NCBI RefSeq assembly: GCF_018977255.1 | Contig: NW_024704742.1 | Location: 124,622,001-124,686,000 of the forward strand | Direction: 5' to 3' | Source: Callorhinchus milii | Lineage: Eukaryota | Length of the DNA stretch: 64,000 nucleotides | In this document: positions 52,701 to 63,000 of the stretch, piece by piece | Numbering within the stretch: position 1 is the first letter of the stretch | Layout of the letters: every line of letters starts with the position of its first letter | The notes under the pieces: model-generated | What the model saw: only the letters and a program-made list of their open reading frames with translations | Database searches by the model: none | Told to the model about the DNA's origin: nothing | Program-made: the position numbers and the translations under genes

Positions 52701-55627
52701 AAACATGCTTTAAAATAATGAGATTAATCTCTTGGGTAAACACTGCAGAAAGATAATGATCTAAGCACAAGCAACTCAAGGTTAATGGTGAATCATGTAT
52801 TTTCATAAATAACCACAGCTGATGAAATGAATGACCGTTTCTACTAACAGTTTTGTCTTGGCTTATGTATCCAGTAAACTCCTGAAAACAACAACAAATA
52901 ATTGCATTTATACAGCACCTCTCACTTCAGGAAGACATCCCAAGGCACGGGACAGTGAAGGGTTTGCAACCGAACTGGGCGCTGGAGTCAAGAGGGGTGG
53001 AGGGCAAGGGGGGTGGAGGTGGCAAATGACTGAAGGCATGGTCGAAGAGGATGGAATTGAGATGGGCCTTGAAAGAGGTAAGGGAGGGGTGAGGTGGAAG
53101 AGCTCCAGGATGGAGTTCCAGAAGGCGTGGACAGAAAGGCTGAAGGTGAGCAGGTTGGTTTACATATGCCTAACTCGCCACTCAGGATAACTCATCATTC
53201 CATGGGGGAAAGGGACTCATTGACGAAATTATCCAACCTAGTGAGTTAGGCATATGTATAAATACATAAATAAATGTAGCCGGGATCTTGACAGCATGAT
53301 GACTTAAGTGCTACTAACAAATTAAGCCAAGTTAAGTTATCAGGAGTTTACTGTATACTTGAACAATAAATGAAAGTCTTAAGATTTATGATAATGCGGA
53401 ATGCACTGTCCCAGAAGACTTTGAACTCATACCCAATGGACATGTTCAAGTGATAAGTTTCTTCATGTGTCAGACACCCAACTGACCAGCCCTGAAAATG
53501 ATGAAATGTGCAACAGTTGTTGTGCAATGCAAAATTGGGACAGTCATTTCAGAATTGTTGTCATGGAGGGTTACAGTAGCTTACACTTTAATGAATGACT
53601 TTTTCAATCACTCATTCTACAATACATGCAAAGGAAATAAAATAATATTAAAAAACACATGGAATAAAGTAGCTTACATTGAAGAGCGGGCAAAAAGGTT
53701 CTTGACAGCTTGAAACTTGAATCGATTTCAGAGCACATTCCAACTGGGTAATAGTGACTCCCGCACTTCTGTGCCCACAAAGGACCACAAGTCTAAAATA
53801 AGTAAACAACACTGTCAATAAAGCATTAGGAAACTTTTGGGTAAATGTGGTTTTAAAGGTTTGAGAAATGGTGTCAGCCTATTTTGGATCTTGGACTTGG
53901 AACCCATATAGTCTATGCTGACACTCCAATGCAGTGTTGGGAGAGCCGCTGCATTGTTGGAGATAATAATAATCTTTGCATTTGATATAGCGCTTTTCAT
54001 GTCTAGATGACTCAAAGCGCTTCACAGAATATACTGTAAAATGAATTGACTGTATATTTGCGGGCGAAACGTGGCAGCCAATTGCGCACAGCAGTGTCCC
54101 ACAAACAGTCGTGGATTAAGTGATCAAATTGTTATTATTTTTTTTTCTTGAGGGATTATTATTAGGCGTGTAGAGTAAGGAAACTTACCCAAGGTTTCAC
54201 CCTGCCGGGAATCGAACCCAGGTTTCTCGCTTGCAAGGCAAGTGCTCTAACCACTGAGCTACAGGACTCCACAAATGCTGTCCTTCGGATGATATGTTAA
54301 ACCAAGTTCCGTCTGTTGTCCAGGTAGAAGTTAAACGTATCGTGGCGCTATTTGGAAAATGAAGGGAGTTTTTTCCTGTGACCTGGCTAACAATCCCCCA
54401 GATAAAATTGGTCACTCACTCTATGGCAGTTTGTGAGGCATTGATGTGGGCAAATTGTCTACCTTACACTTTACGACTTGTCGGACCACTTTGCAGTATA
54501 ACCTGTGAAGCACTTTGAGACATCTTGATGACGTGTTAAGGCGCTATGTCAAATGCAAGGATTATTATTAAATGTTGACTGTATCTCAGATTCTTTCAGT
54601 ATTTTAGAAAAACGGAGTAATATTTGCAGTATTTTTTAAGACCCCTTTTACCTTTCTTAAGGAACACAGAGAAAGTAGCAGCTGGTGACTCCACAAAAGC
54701 AAATTATTCCTTTCAGTGTCCGAGTGTCATTTGCGTCACTCTAAAGTGAGCTCTTTTAGTTTGTATATTTTCAGCCCTATGTTGAGCCCCAGGTTCTATT
54801 TTTGGCTTGTTATTTCATTTATTTGCCTAGGAGGGCATCAATCCATGCCTCCCGACTCCAAACTATGAACTTGTTATAATAAACCTTACATTTGAGATAG
54901 CACGTATTGCAGCAAATGTCTCAAAGCACTTCATAATGTTTCTTTGTCCTGTGGATTTGTATTTGAATTTATGCATTTGTAAATGAATATTTATGAATAT
55001 ATATGAATTTATGAATTTGTAGATGAATGCAGCAGCCAATTTATACGCAGTGATGTCCCACAACCAGCAAATAGGTGAATACCAATTTATCTGTAAGATT
55101 GTTACTGAGGACACTGAGAGAAGATCACTTACTTTTTCAAATAGTACAATGGTTCTTTAATGTCCACCTGAACAGCAGACTCAGTTTAAAGAGTTTGAAG
55201 TCTCCTCTGAAGGACAGCGTCTCCGATAATGGAACTGTCCCCCAGCACTGTGGTAGAGTAATTTTGTTGTTGTTGTGGAGAGTCTGTCTGGACTGTGAGC
55301 TCAAAGATCCGATGCAGGGATTGACCCACAACCTCAGAAGTACTTGCTAACTGAGACAGTCTGACGCGTGTTTAGTGTTTGGGCAAGCTTAGTCTGAAGC
55401 CTCCAGGCTGATTATTAAATGTTAACTTACAAGATCTGGGGGTTCTGACATTCAGCACAAATGTGCAAGATCCTAAAGATAATGTTGTCAGCTGATACAT
55501 TTTAAGTCATATTTATTCCAGAAACTTATAATTACCAGAAATCCACCCGACTTTTCATTCCTGAGAAGTGTGAGACCAACATTCATGTTCTGCTTGACCT
55601 CTGTCACATTTGGAACAGTCATTACAT
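14694..55627 (-). CDS. ITGA2: Integrin alpha-2 (CD49b), exons 4-30 equivalents; exons 1-3 not found in window
   Basis: 27 exons total 3281 nt and keep one frame to a TGA; alphaI domain (DGSNS, T, TDGESHD), alphaC helix GYYNR, three Ca-binding FG-GAP loops, TM helix, tail KLGFFKRKY (alpha2-like rather than alpha1 KIGFFKRPL); adjacent to MOCS2. Confidence 0.95.
15238..15778 (+). mobile_element. L2 3' fragment interrupted by an opposite-strand SINE fragment (about 15535-15655)
   Basis: L2 sequence resumes after the SINE tail segment and ends in (TTG)n. Confidence 0.85.
16418..16534 (-). CDS. ITGA2: ITGA2 exon 29 (transmembrane)
   Basis: [39 protein letters not shown]|gtaagt. Confidence 0.96.
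18374..18463 (-). CDS. ITGA2: ITGA2 exon 28
   Basis: cag|[30 protein letters not shown]|gtaggt. Confidence 0.92.
19480..20855 (+). mobile_element. Degenerate CR1 RT and 3' end
   Basis: [35 protein letters not shown]; tail attctatgattctat. Confidence 0.9.
20888..21001 (-). CDS. ITGA2: ITGA2 exon 27
   Basis: [38 protein letters not shown]|gtaagt. Confidence 0.94.
21541..21645 (-). CDS. ITGA2: ITGA2 exon 26
   Basis: [35 protein letters not shown]|gtaagc. Confidence 0.92.
21980..22497 (+). mobile_element. L2 fragment
   Basis: Similar to 39810-40320. Confidence 0.88.
23421..23531 (-). CDS. ITGA2: ITGA2 exon 25
   Basis: [37 protein letters not shown]|gtacgt. Confidence 0.93.
23789..23891 (-). 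CDS. ITGA2: ITGA2 exon 24
   Basis: (R)[34 protein letters not shown]|gtaagt. Confidence 0.94.
24589..25537 (+). mobile_element. Probable solo LTR (about 635 bp excluding nested SINE)
   Basis: Termini TGTTAGAATA...TATCCTAACA (TG...CA, 9/10 inverted match); AATAAA at 25464; splits an L2 fragment; imperfect TSD ggtc/ggct. Confidence 0.7.
24674..24987 (+). mobile_element. Full-length SINE nested in the LTR
   Basis: Complete head, core and tail. Confidence 0.93.
25690..25779 (-). CDS. ITGA2: ITGA2 exon 23
   Basis: (S)[29 protein letters not shown](R)|gtatgg. Confidence 0.92.
25890..25966 (-). CDS. ITGA2: ITGA2 exon 22
   Basis: [25 protein letters not shown](S)|gtacat. Confidence 0.9.
26190..26279 (-). 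CDS. ITGA2: ITGA2 exon 21
   Basis: [30 protein letters not shown]|gtaaat. Confidence 0.92.
27715..27853 (-). CDS. ITGA2: ITGA2 exon 20
   Basis: [46 protein letters not shown]|gtgagt. Confidence 0.95.
28908..29272 (-). mobile_element. SINE, long subfamily (extra ~60 bp internal segment)
   Basis: Contains tgtttacctagcaataagaaggaacccagttgttagtcg... between head and core. Confidence 0.88.
29331..29416 (-). CDS. ITGA2: ITGA2 exon 19 (genu)
   Basis: [28 protein letters not shown](S)|gtgaga. Confidence 0.95.
29508..29618 (-). CDS. ITGA2: ITGA2 exon 18
   Basis: [37 protein letters not shown]|gtaagt. Confidence 0.93.
29884..30260 (-). mobile_element. L2 3' fragment
   Basis: [22 protein letters not shown] remnant and tail. 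Confidence 0.8.
31174..31388. mobile_element. hAT-family MITE
   Basis: TIRs CAGGGTGGTACAA / TTGGACCACTCTG (11/13); 8-bp TSD agttaagt/atttaagt. Confidence 0.8.
31463..31614 (-). CDS. ITGA2: ITGA2 exon 17
   Basis: [50 protein letters not shown]|gtcagt. Confidence 0.94.
33740..33903 (-). CDS. ITGA2: ITGA2 exon 16
   Basis: (W)[54 protein letters not shown]|gtaagg. Confidence 0.95.
34780..37020 (+). mobile_element. L2 LINE, 5'-truncated ORF2 with RT, frameshift near 35690
   Basis: ORFs 34752-35741 and 35738-36883 with [29 protein letters not shown]; (GTT)n tail. Confidence 0.95.
37580..40630 (+). mobile_element. L2 LINE with degenerate near-complete ORF2 (APE endonuclease + RT)
   Basis: APE remnants (TETW, GGGVAL, DFNLH, GHTLDL, DHH) then YADD; many stops and frameshifts; (TTG)n tail. 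Confidence 0.95.
40637..40915 (+). mobile_element. SINE, long subfamily, head truncated
   Basis: Extra internal segment, core and tail. Confidence 0.85.
41356..41486 (-). CDS. ITGA2: ITGA2 exon 15
   Basis: [43 protein letters not shown](W)|gtaagg. Confidence 0.95.
41846..42049 (-). CDS. ITGA2: ITGA2 exon 14
   Basis: [68 protein letters not shown]|gtaaga. Confidence 0.96.
42690..43160 (+). mobile_element. Degenerate CR1 3' fragment
   Basis: Resembles 57550-58050 (gatctgatcgaggt, cagagaattgtgaa). Confidence 0.7.
43163..43545 (-). mobile_element. L2 3' fragment
   Basis: LYLSNLLT...[18 protein letters not shown]. Confidence 0.85.
43723..43866 (-). CDS. ITGA2: ITGA2 exon 13
   Basis: [48 protein letters not shown]|gtgaaa. 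Confidence 0.96.
44341..44645 (-). mobile_element. SINE, long subfamily, head truncated
   Basis: Same extra segment as 28908-29272. Confidence 0.85.
45276..45421 (-). CDS. ITGA2: ITGA2 exon 12 (GC donor)
   Basis: (G)[48 protein letters not shown]|gcacgt. Confidence 0.92.
46244..46382 (-). CDS. ITGA2: ITGA2 exon 11
   Basis: [46 protein letters not shown](G)|gtgaat. Confidence 0.96.
47387..47466 (-). CDS. ITGA2: ITGA2 exon 10
   Basis: (G)[26 protein letters not shown]|gtatta. Confidence 0.94.
47890..48055 (-). CDS. ITGA2: ITGA2 exon 9 (alphaI domain, alphaC helix)
   Basis: [55 protein letters not shown](G)|gtaaat. Confidence 0.97.
50184..50334 (-). CDS. ITGA2: ITGA2 exon 8 (alphaI domain)
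   Basis: (R)[50 protein letters not shown]|gtaagt. Confidence 0.97.
50638..50665. repeat. (GT)n microsatellite
   Basis: Direct inspection. Confidence 0.95.
51013..51161 (-). CDS. ITGA2: ITGA2 exon 7 (alphaI domain)
   Basis: [49 protein letters not shown](R)|gtgaac. Confidence 0.96.
51799..51926 (-). CDS. ITGA2: ITGA2 exon 6 (MIDAS DxSxS)
   Basis: (S)[42 protein letters not shown]|gtaact. Confidence 0.97.
53161..53258. mobile_element. Palindromic MITE-like element
   Basis: Perfect 16-bp inverted ends TACATATGCCTAACTC / GAGTTAGGCATATGTA with further internal pairing. Confidence 0.6.
53678..53792 (-). CDS. ITGA2: ITGA2 exon 5
   Basis: [38 protein letters not shown]|gtaagc. Confidence 0.96.
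53964..54272 (-). mobile_element. Full-length young SINE nested in an older + strand DeuSINE (about 53860-54570)
   Basis: Host sequence gcattgttggag|atgctgtccttcggatga continues across the insertion. Confidence 0.9.
55536..55627 (-). CDS. ITGA2: ITGA2 exon 4
   Basis: [30 protein letters not shown]|gtaatt. Confidence 0.94.
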
Positions 55628-56154
55628 CTGCAAGATCAATCAAACGAAAATAACAATAAAACAGCGTTTTATTATTAAAAAAGTTAATGTTAACGAGATA
55701 GAAGATCATTCAGCTCTTTGTGTACGTGTTAGGTTAGGGTTAGCTTCCCAGCAAAAGCTATCTATTATATTCCAATCCAATTATCCTGCTCCTTCCTCAA
55801 ACCCTTTAATACTTTTCTTTATGTATTTATCCAATTGCCTTTTAACTGTTTTTATGGATTCTGTTCTGACAGCTATTTGTAGTAAATCACAAGAACACTC
55901 TGTGTAAAAATACCAACAAAACCATTCTAATCACACATTTAAACCAGTTTAAGTACTGAAATTTCAGTTCCTTCGTTGAAAATAGAGTGGTTGAGAGGAT
56001 TTTGAGTGATGCTGTGCATTAGCGCATTTTCTTTCACTGTTGAGTATGAGTTTTGAATTCAGTTGAGATTAATGGGATGAATCCTCCTCTCTGTTTTGGC
56101 TGTTGGTGTCCTTTAGCAGCCATTCTGCCCCCACCCTCTGGAACTCATTCAGCT

Positions 56155-56470
56155 GTGGAGTCCTGTAGCTCAGTGGTTAGAGCACTCGCCTTGCAAGCGA
56201 GTCACCTGGGTTCAATTCCAGGCAGGGTGAAACCTTGGGCAAGTTTCCTTACTCCACACACCTAATAATAATCCCTCCAAAAAAAGCAATAATAAATTGG
56301 TCATTTTCAATCCACGACTGTTTGTGGGACACTGCTGTGCGCAATTGGCTGCCACGTTTCGCCCACAAATATACAGTCAATTCACTTTACAGCATATTCT
56401 GTGAAGCCGTTTGAGACGTCTAGAAGATGTCAAAAGCGCTATGTCAAATGCAAGGATAATTATTATTATA
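56155..56470 (+). mobile_element. Full-length SINE nested in an L2 3' fragment (about 56119-56698)
   Basis: L2 ctctggaactc before the SINE and aactccacccc after it. Confidence 0.9.
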
Positions 56471-56798
56471 ACTCCACCCCGCCGTCCCTTCGCTTCACCC
56501 CCTCCCTTGCCTCCTTCGAGACTGATCTCAAGACCCTCCTCGTCGACTGTGCTTTCGATCACCCTGCTTCGCTTCCTGCCCTCCACCCTCCACGATCCCG
56601 ACCCCCAGCTCGGGTCTGAAACATTTACTGTCCAGTGCCTTGGGACGTCCTCCCGACGTGAAAGGCGCTATACAAATGTAATTTTGATATTGTTTTTGTA
56701 CATCAAATGTGCAATTTCCACCCAGTTGGTCATAAGTGCTGGCCCTCAGGACAAAAAATGCCCTCAGTCTAACTCAACAAAGCAGCAACTAGAATTCT

Positions 56799-58135
56799 AG
56801 AATCCTTAATTAAGGATGTCGTAGTGGATACTTAGAGGATCACAATATGATTAGACAGAGTCAACATGGGTTTACAAAAGGGAAATTATGCTTAACAAAT
56901 CTTTTAGATTTTTATGAGGACATATCAAGTAGATTAGATAGGGGGGAATCAGTGGATGTAGTGTATTTAGATTTCCAAAAGACATTCGATAAGGTGCCAC
57001 ATAAAATGTTGATTCACAAGATTAGGGGCCATGGAATTAAGGTGAAAATATTAGCATGGATTGAAGAATGGCTAACGGGATAAACGGGTCCTTCTCAGAA
57101 AGGCGGGATGTGACTAGTGGAATGCCACAAGGATCAGTGCTTGGGCCTCAACTATTTACAATCTACAAAAATGATCTAGATGAGGACATCGAACTTAATA
57201 TATCCGAAATAGCGGATGACATTAAACTAGGAGGGAGAGTAAACACCGAGGATGACATTAAAAAAATGCAACAGGATATAGATAGGTTAGGTGAGTGGGC
57301 AAATAGGTGGCAGATGAAGTATTATGTAGGGAAGTGTGAGGTCATCCACCTAGGTGGCAAAAACAGTAGAGCAGATTATTTTTCAGAAGCGGAGAGACGA
57401 GATAGTGTTAGCGTTCAGAGGAACTTGGATGTCCTTGTACATCAGTCACAAAAAGTTAGTTTGCAGGTACAGCAAGCAATTAGGAAGGCTAACGGTATGT
57501 TGGCATTTGTTACAAAAGGGTTAGAATATAAGAGTAGGAAAGTCTTGCTGCAACTGTATAGGGCCCTGGTGAGACCGCACCTAGAGTATTGTGTGCAGTT
57601 TTGGTCTCCTTATTTAACAAAGGATGTACTCGCCTTGGAGGGGGTACAACGTAGATTCACTAGGTTGGTACCTGGGATGAGAGGGATGAGTTATGAGAAT
57701 AAGTTGAGCAATTTAGGCCTACATTCTCTAGAATATAGAAGAATAAGAGGTGATCTTATAGAAACCTATAAGATTATTAAGAGGCATGACAGAATAGATA
57801 GTGGGAGACTTTTTCCTCTGGCTGGAGAAACTATAACCAGGTGTCACAGTCTTAAAATTAGGCGTAAGCCCTTTCACACTGAGTTGAGGAAAAACATCTT
57901 CACTCAGAGGGTAGTGAATTTATGGAATTCTCTACCCCAGAGGGCTGTAGATGCTCAGTCCTTGAACATATTCAAGACTGAGGTTGACAGATTTCTTGTA
58001 GATAAAGGGATTAAGGGATATGGGGACGGGTAGGTAGAATTAGAATAGATCAGCTATGATCTTATTGAATGGCGGGGCAGGCTCGAGGGGCCGAATGGCC
58101 TACTCCTGCTCCTAATCTTATGTTCTTACGTTCAA
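56799..58135 (+). mobile_element. CR1 LINE, RT C-terminal half and 3' UTR
   Basis: [56 protein letters not shown]; tail cttatgttctta. Confidence 0.96.
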
Positions 58136-58499
58136 CAACAACAACTTGCAGTTATACAGCTCCCCTCACACAGGGTAGAATTCACTGTTCACCTTGGTAT
58201 ACAGGCAGAGAGACTACATGGGAGTGCTTGATCTGACCTTTGAAGTATTCTATTCTCAGCATTCATATCCTACATAATGTTGAGCACAAAATTCACCAGT
58301 AATTACACTGGTGAATTTTGTGAATTCTACAATATGTATAATGGATTGATGTTCTTTTCTTTACAGTCACTTCTAGGTGTAGTTAACTTCTTTGAGGTAC
58401 ACAATTTTACCCATGGGAGTATGACATTTTTGTTGCTTTAAGCCGATGTCAATTCTTATTGCCCAAACTTGCATTTACAGTTGACTATATTATAATAAT

Positions 58500-58896
58500 A
58501 CAACAACAAGATTTCATTTATAGAGTGCCTTTCACGTCGGGAGAACGTCCCAAGGTGCTGGACAGTTGGGTCAGGAGCCGCGCAGGGGGGAAATGGTCAG
58601 GGTGAGGGGAGGGAAGGGAGGGAGCGAGGAGGGGGTAGAGAGTCGAGAGGGGAGCTGAAGGCACAGTCGAAGAGAAAGGTCTTGAGACCGGCCTTGAAGG
58701 AGGAAAGGGAGGAAGCAAGGTGAAGGCACTGGGGGATGGAGTTCCAGACCCTAGGGGCCGAGAGGCTGAAGGTCCGGCCACCAACGGTAGGGCAGTTAGG
58801 GCGGGGGATGTAGAGCAACCGGAGCCAGAGGAACGGAGGGTACGGGCAGCTAAGAAGGGGGAGAGTAGATTGGAGAGGTAGGAGGGAGCGAGGCCA

Positions 58897-58955
<59 letters not shown>

Positions 58956-59560
58956 CCTTGCATTTGATATAGCGCTTTTCACGTCGGGAGGACATCCCAA
59001 AGCGCTTCACAGAACACACTGTAAAGTGAATTGACTTTTTGTGGGCGAACGCGGCAGCCAATTGCGCACAGCAATGTCCCACAAACAGTCGTAGATTGAA
59101 AATGACCAATTTATTATTGTTTTTGGTTTTTGGAGGGATTATTATTAGGCTCTTGTAGGTGAGGATGAGGATCTTGAATTCGATCCTCTGGGGGATGGGG
59201 AGCCAGTGGAGGCGAGCGGGGGTGGGAGTGATGTGTTCCCGAAGCCTGGTGCGGGACAGTACACGAGCTGCAGAGTTCTGAATGACCTGCAGCTTGTGGA
59301 GGGAGGTGGCGGGAAGGCCGGCGAGGAGAGAGTTCCCGTAGTCCAGCCTTGAGGTGACAAAGGCGTGAACCAGGGTTTCAGCAGCGTGAGGGGTGAGGTA
59401 GTGCCGTAGTCTGGCGATGTTCCGGAGGTGATGGAAGGCGGTGCCAGTTGTGGTGCGGATGTGAGGGAGAAAGGACAGCTCAGGGTCGAACAAAACGCCG
59501 AGGTTCCTGACTGGCTTTGAGAGGTGGAGAGTGCAGCCTTGGATGCTGATGCTGTCAGCA
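58500..59560 (-). mobile_element. L2 3' fragment carrying a nested 5'-truncated SINE (58899-59148)
   Basis: [33 protein letters not shown] tail of about 19 (TAA) units. Confidence 0.93.
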
Positions 59561-59861
59561 TCCTTGCATTTGATATAGCACTTTTCACGTCTTCTCGACG
59601 TCTCAAAGCACTTCACAGAATAGACTGTAAAGTGAATTGATTGTATATTTGTGGGCAAAATGCGGCAACCAATTGTGCACAGCAGTGTCCCACAAACAGT
59701 CGTGGATTGAAAATGACCAATTTATTATTGTTTTGTTTTTGAGGGATTATTATTAGACGTGTGGAGTAAGGAAACTTGCCCAAGGTTTCACCCTGCCTGG
59801 AATTGAACCCAGGTGTCTCACTTGCAAGGCGAGTGCTCTAACCACTGAGCTACAGGACTCC
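59559..59861 (-). mobile_element. Full-length SINE without (ATT)n tail, fused to the L2 fragment
   Basis: Minus strand ...atcaaatgcaaggat|gctgacagcatc (L2). Confidence 0.92.
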
Positions 59862-62639
59862 CCCCATTATAAGACAGTAGTTATATGGACTCTTACTTTA
59901 CTTTTACTGACTCCACTTTACTTAGCATGTAAGAGCTCACTATTCACTAACTCTTGTAATTTTTGCTGGAGAAAACATATCCTAGTAATGCAGAATGCAA
60001 ATATCGTCTTTAAACATAAATGGTCATTGTTCAATGTGTACTTTGTCCTGTTAATTTTGTTCATTAAAAAGCATACATTCTGCCGATCCATGAAGATAAA
60101 CAAGGGTTGTAACTGGTTAATAGAGATCAAGAAAATGTATGTATATGTGTGCTCTGTGAGCCAGTGTGGACTCAATGGGCTGAATGGCTTTTTCTATGCT
60201 GTAGATTTCTATGTTTCTACGTGGAGAGTGACTGCAAATAATACTTTGTGCAGAAGATGAAGAAAATCACACAAACATTCACTAGTCAAGCTGCTTGCTG
60301 TGCTGGCCTGCACTGATAAGAAACCCCCTCACATACCCTCAAGGAATTACCTGGCCCTCACAGATCCCAAGGTTATCAAATAAGAATTTCAGCATTTCTG
60401 TTCTGCCTTATGTTAAACAGTCTCAATGGGTCCATATGTTCATCATTGAACAACCTCTGACCAACTCAGGGCATAAATTATTTTCCAAGTAAGTGAGGGA
60501 GATAAAATCATTTAACAAGAATATAACATTGAAATAAATAACACTGGGGTAAACCATATCTCAAACCAACACATATATGCTTGGTTAAAAAAAGTAAAAT
60601 AGTGTTAGTCTCAGCAATACGTCTAATCAGCGTGTAACTTCTGTATCCTGTGTCTGAGCATCTGCTGTTATTAGTTCAATTGTTTAACATTTGCTCTGTC
60701 TAAAGCTATTTGGAGTTCTGAAAATATATCAACGTTTGACAAACTTACAGCTGAAAATCCCATAATATTTAGTGAGGGAAAAATGACACTAAGCTTTTAA
60801 TAAATGCATTTATTAAATATCAAATGTTGAATCTAAGGTTCCCAAAGCTTTCCACTGTGTTAGTAGATTAATCCATACAGAACTAATTACTGTTAACATC
60901 TCCATTATTGTAGCATGCAACAACCAGGATGGAAGAAGGCGGACTAGATGGACCTTGGTCTTTTATCGTCTTGCAATTCCTGTGTTCTATTGATGTGGAA
61001 TGATTTGCTGTGCCGCACAATGAGAAGGCACAAGGAGAATATCGGAATAGATAATTTTTGCCCTTGCACTTTTGGCATCTGCATTTTCAAATGCAAATTG
61101 CAAAAAATGCAAGGATTGTTATTATATCATTTTTGTGTCATTTGTCTGGTCGAGTCTCACCCCTTCAAGGTTCACCTCAAGACCTTCGTCTTTGGCCTTC
61201 AGTTATCTTTCCCATGCCCCCATTCTCCTAGCCCCCATCCCCACTTGGATCCCAACCCAGTTTGGGTGCAATCCCTGGACCGTCCAGCGCCTTTGGATGT
61301 GAATGGCCCTATATAAATGTAATTCGGTTGTTGTTGTTGTTATTGGGTTAGAGTTATTCATCATCGTTCTTTATTGTTTTGAACATAAGCCAATATTTCC
61401 CACTCCCCAAATTATACTTTAAAAATCGTTACCTTACACAGTGTTTGTGGCCTTGAAAAATAGTAGAATGCTGAATTATACTGGCAAAAAGGTCCAGTTG
61501 TGTGCATGCATAAGACATTTCTCACATGCTTGTGAGGTTACTAGGGTCTCGAATCCACCACACTTGCTGGTCAAACACTTGCAAATTCCCAATTCCCGTG
61601 CATGCACACAACAGGAGTTGCCTGTAGTCTGACTGAACATATTAACAGACAAAAAATCATAGTGAGACAAGTGTTAATTACCAGTGGACAGATAGAGAGG
61701 AGAAGATGAGAGAGAAAGAGAAAGTTATAGAGAGGGAGATAGGAAGTTAGAGCGAGAGAGAGAGAGAGAGAGAACTTTGAAAAACATGTCATCAGATTAT
61801 TTGTAATGTACCATAATATTATTATAAAATTTTACAAAAAATACAGGTGTGGATTGCTCTATAATTACCATGTTATGCTTTTTTCGTTTCTTTCTCAAAT
61901 ATAATCGAAAATGGGGAGGGGGGAGAGAAATTGTCTTATAGTTGAAATCCCTTTTTACATTAGGAACATTACGGTATTTCACTATGCTGCAGCTATATCT
62001 ATGACTCTGAAGTCTACATTTTCTCTTTTATCTTTAAGTGTTGACCAGTCTCTATGTTCAACACCAGCTGTAGAACTAGGAAACTATTGAGTAAACATAA
62101 TTGAATAATCTGAATAGCTAAATTACAACAGTAATTCCTGAAATCTCAAAAGGTTGGATAGCATTACACAAAGAGAGCTTTTGCAAGACGGATAAATATG
62201 TAATATGTTTGGCATGCCCTGAGGTCACAGGCATATTGGCAGAAAATTAATTTGCATGATGCAACCAGACATCAATAATAGCACCGACAGTTAAACTACA
62301 TTCCTCCTATGTATTGTATTGCTAAGCTTGTAGTCCTGTTGAGCTCAGTGATTGTGTTTGTAGTACGGTCTTTGTCATACTTGTGGAAAGCAACAGAGGT
62401 GGGAGGACATTGCTCATGCATACTACTAGTAGTTTGCTTTTAATCTGGCAGATTTAGATCAGGTCAGGGCTCGTACATGGAAAAAAAACTTTTTGTGCTG
62501 TCTTGTCTAATCACGCCTGTGTTAGAGGAGTTATTTTTAAGTGATGTAATGAAGATCACTTTGGTTCTGAAGACTGGTAGAAGCCTGCTCAGCATTGTAC
62601 TCAACTCTGATCAGCCTGTCTCCTGGCTACAACTTTTTA

Positions 62640-63000
62640 ATAATAATAATAATCCTTGAATTTAATAGTGCATTATCACGTTTTCGATATGTCTCAAAGC
62701 ACTTCACACTGTAAAGTGAATTGACTGTATATTTTGTGGGTGAAACGCGACAGCCAATTGCATACACCAGCTTCCCACAAACAGTCGTACATTGAGTGAC
62801 CCACTTTTTTTGAAAGGGATTATTACCACCATAAAACTGATGCGCCAATCAAATAATAACCAGTTCCTACTTACTGCTAGGTAAACAGAGGCGTGTGGAG
62901 CTAGGAAACTTGTCCAACGTTTTTGCCCTGCCCGGGAATTGAACCCAGGTCCTCCAGCTTACAAGGCGAGTGTTCTAACCACTAAACTACAGGACTCCAC
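62640..63000 (-). mobile_element. Full-length SINE, long subfamily
   Basis: Head, extra segment, core and tail. Confidence 0.88.

Noticed and set aside
57068..58033. 321-aa reverse transcriptase ORF as a novel RT system
   Set aside because: Ordinary truncated CR1 ORF2 with its typical 3' UTR and tail
58518..59658. ORFs with poly-Tyr or poly-Ile tracts
   Set aside because: Translation through a SINE (ATT)n tail nested in L2
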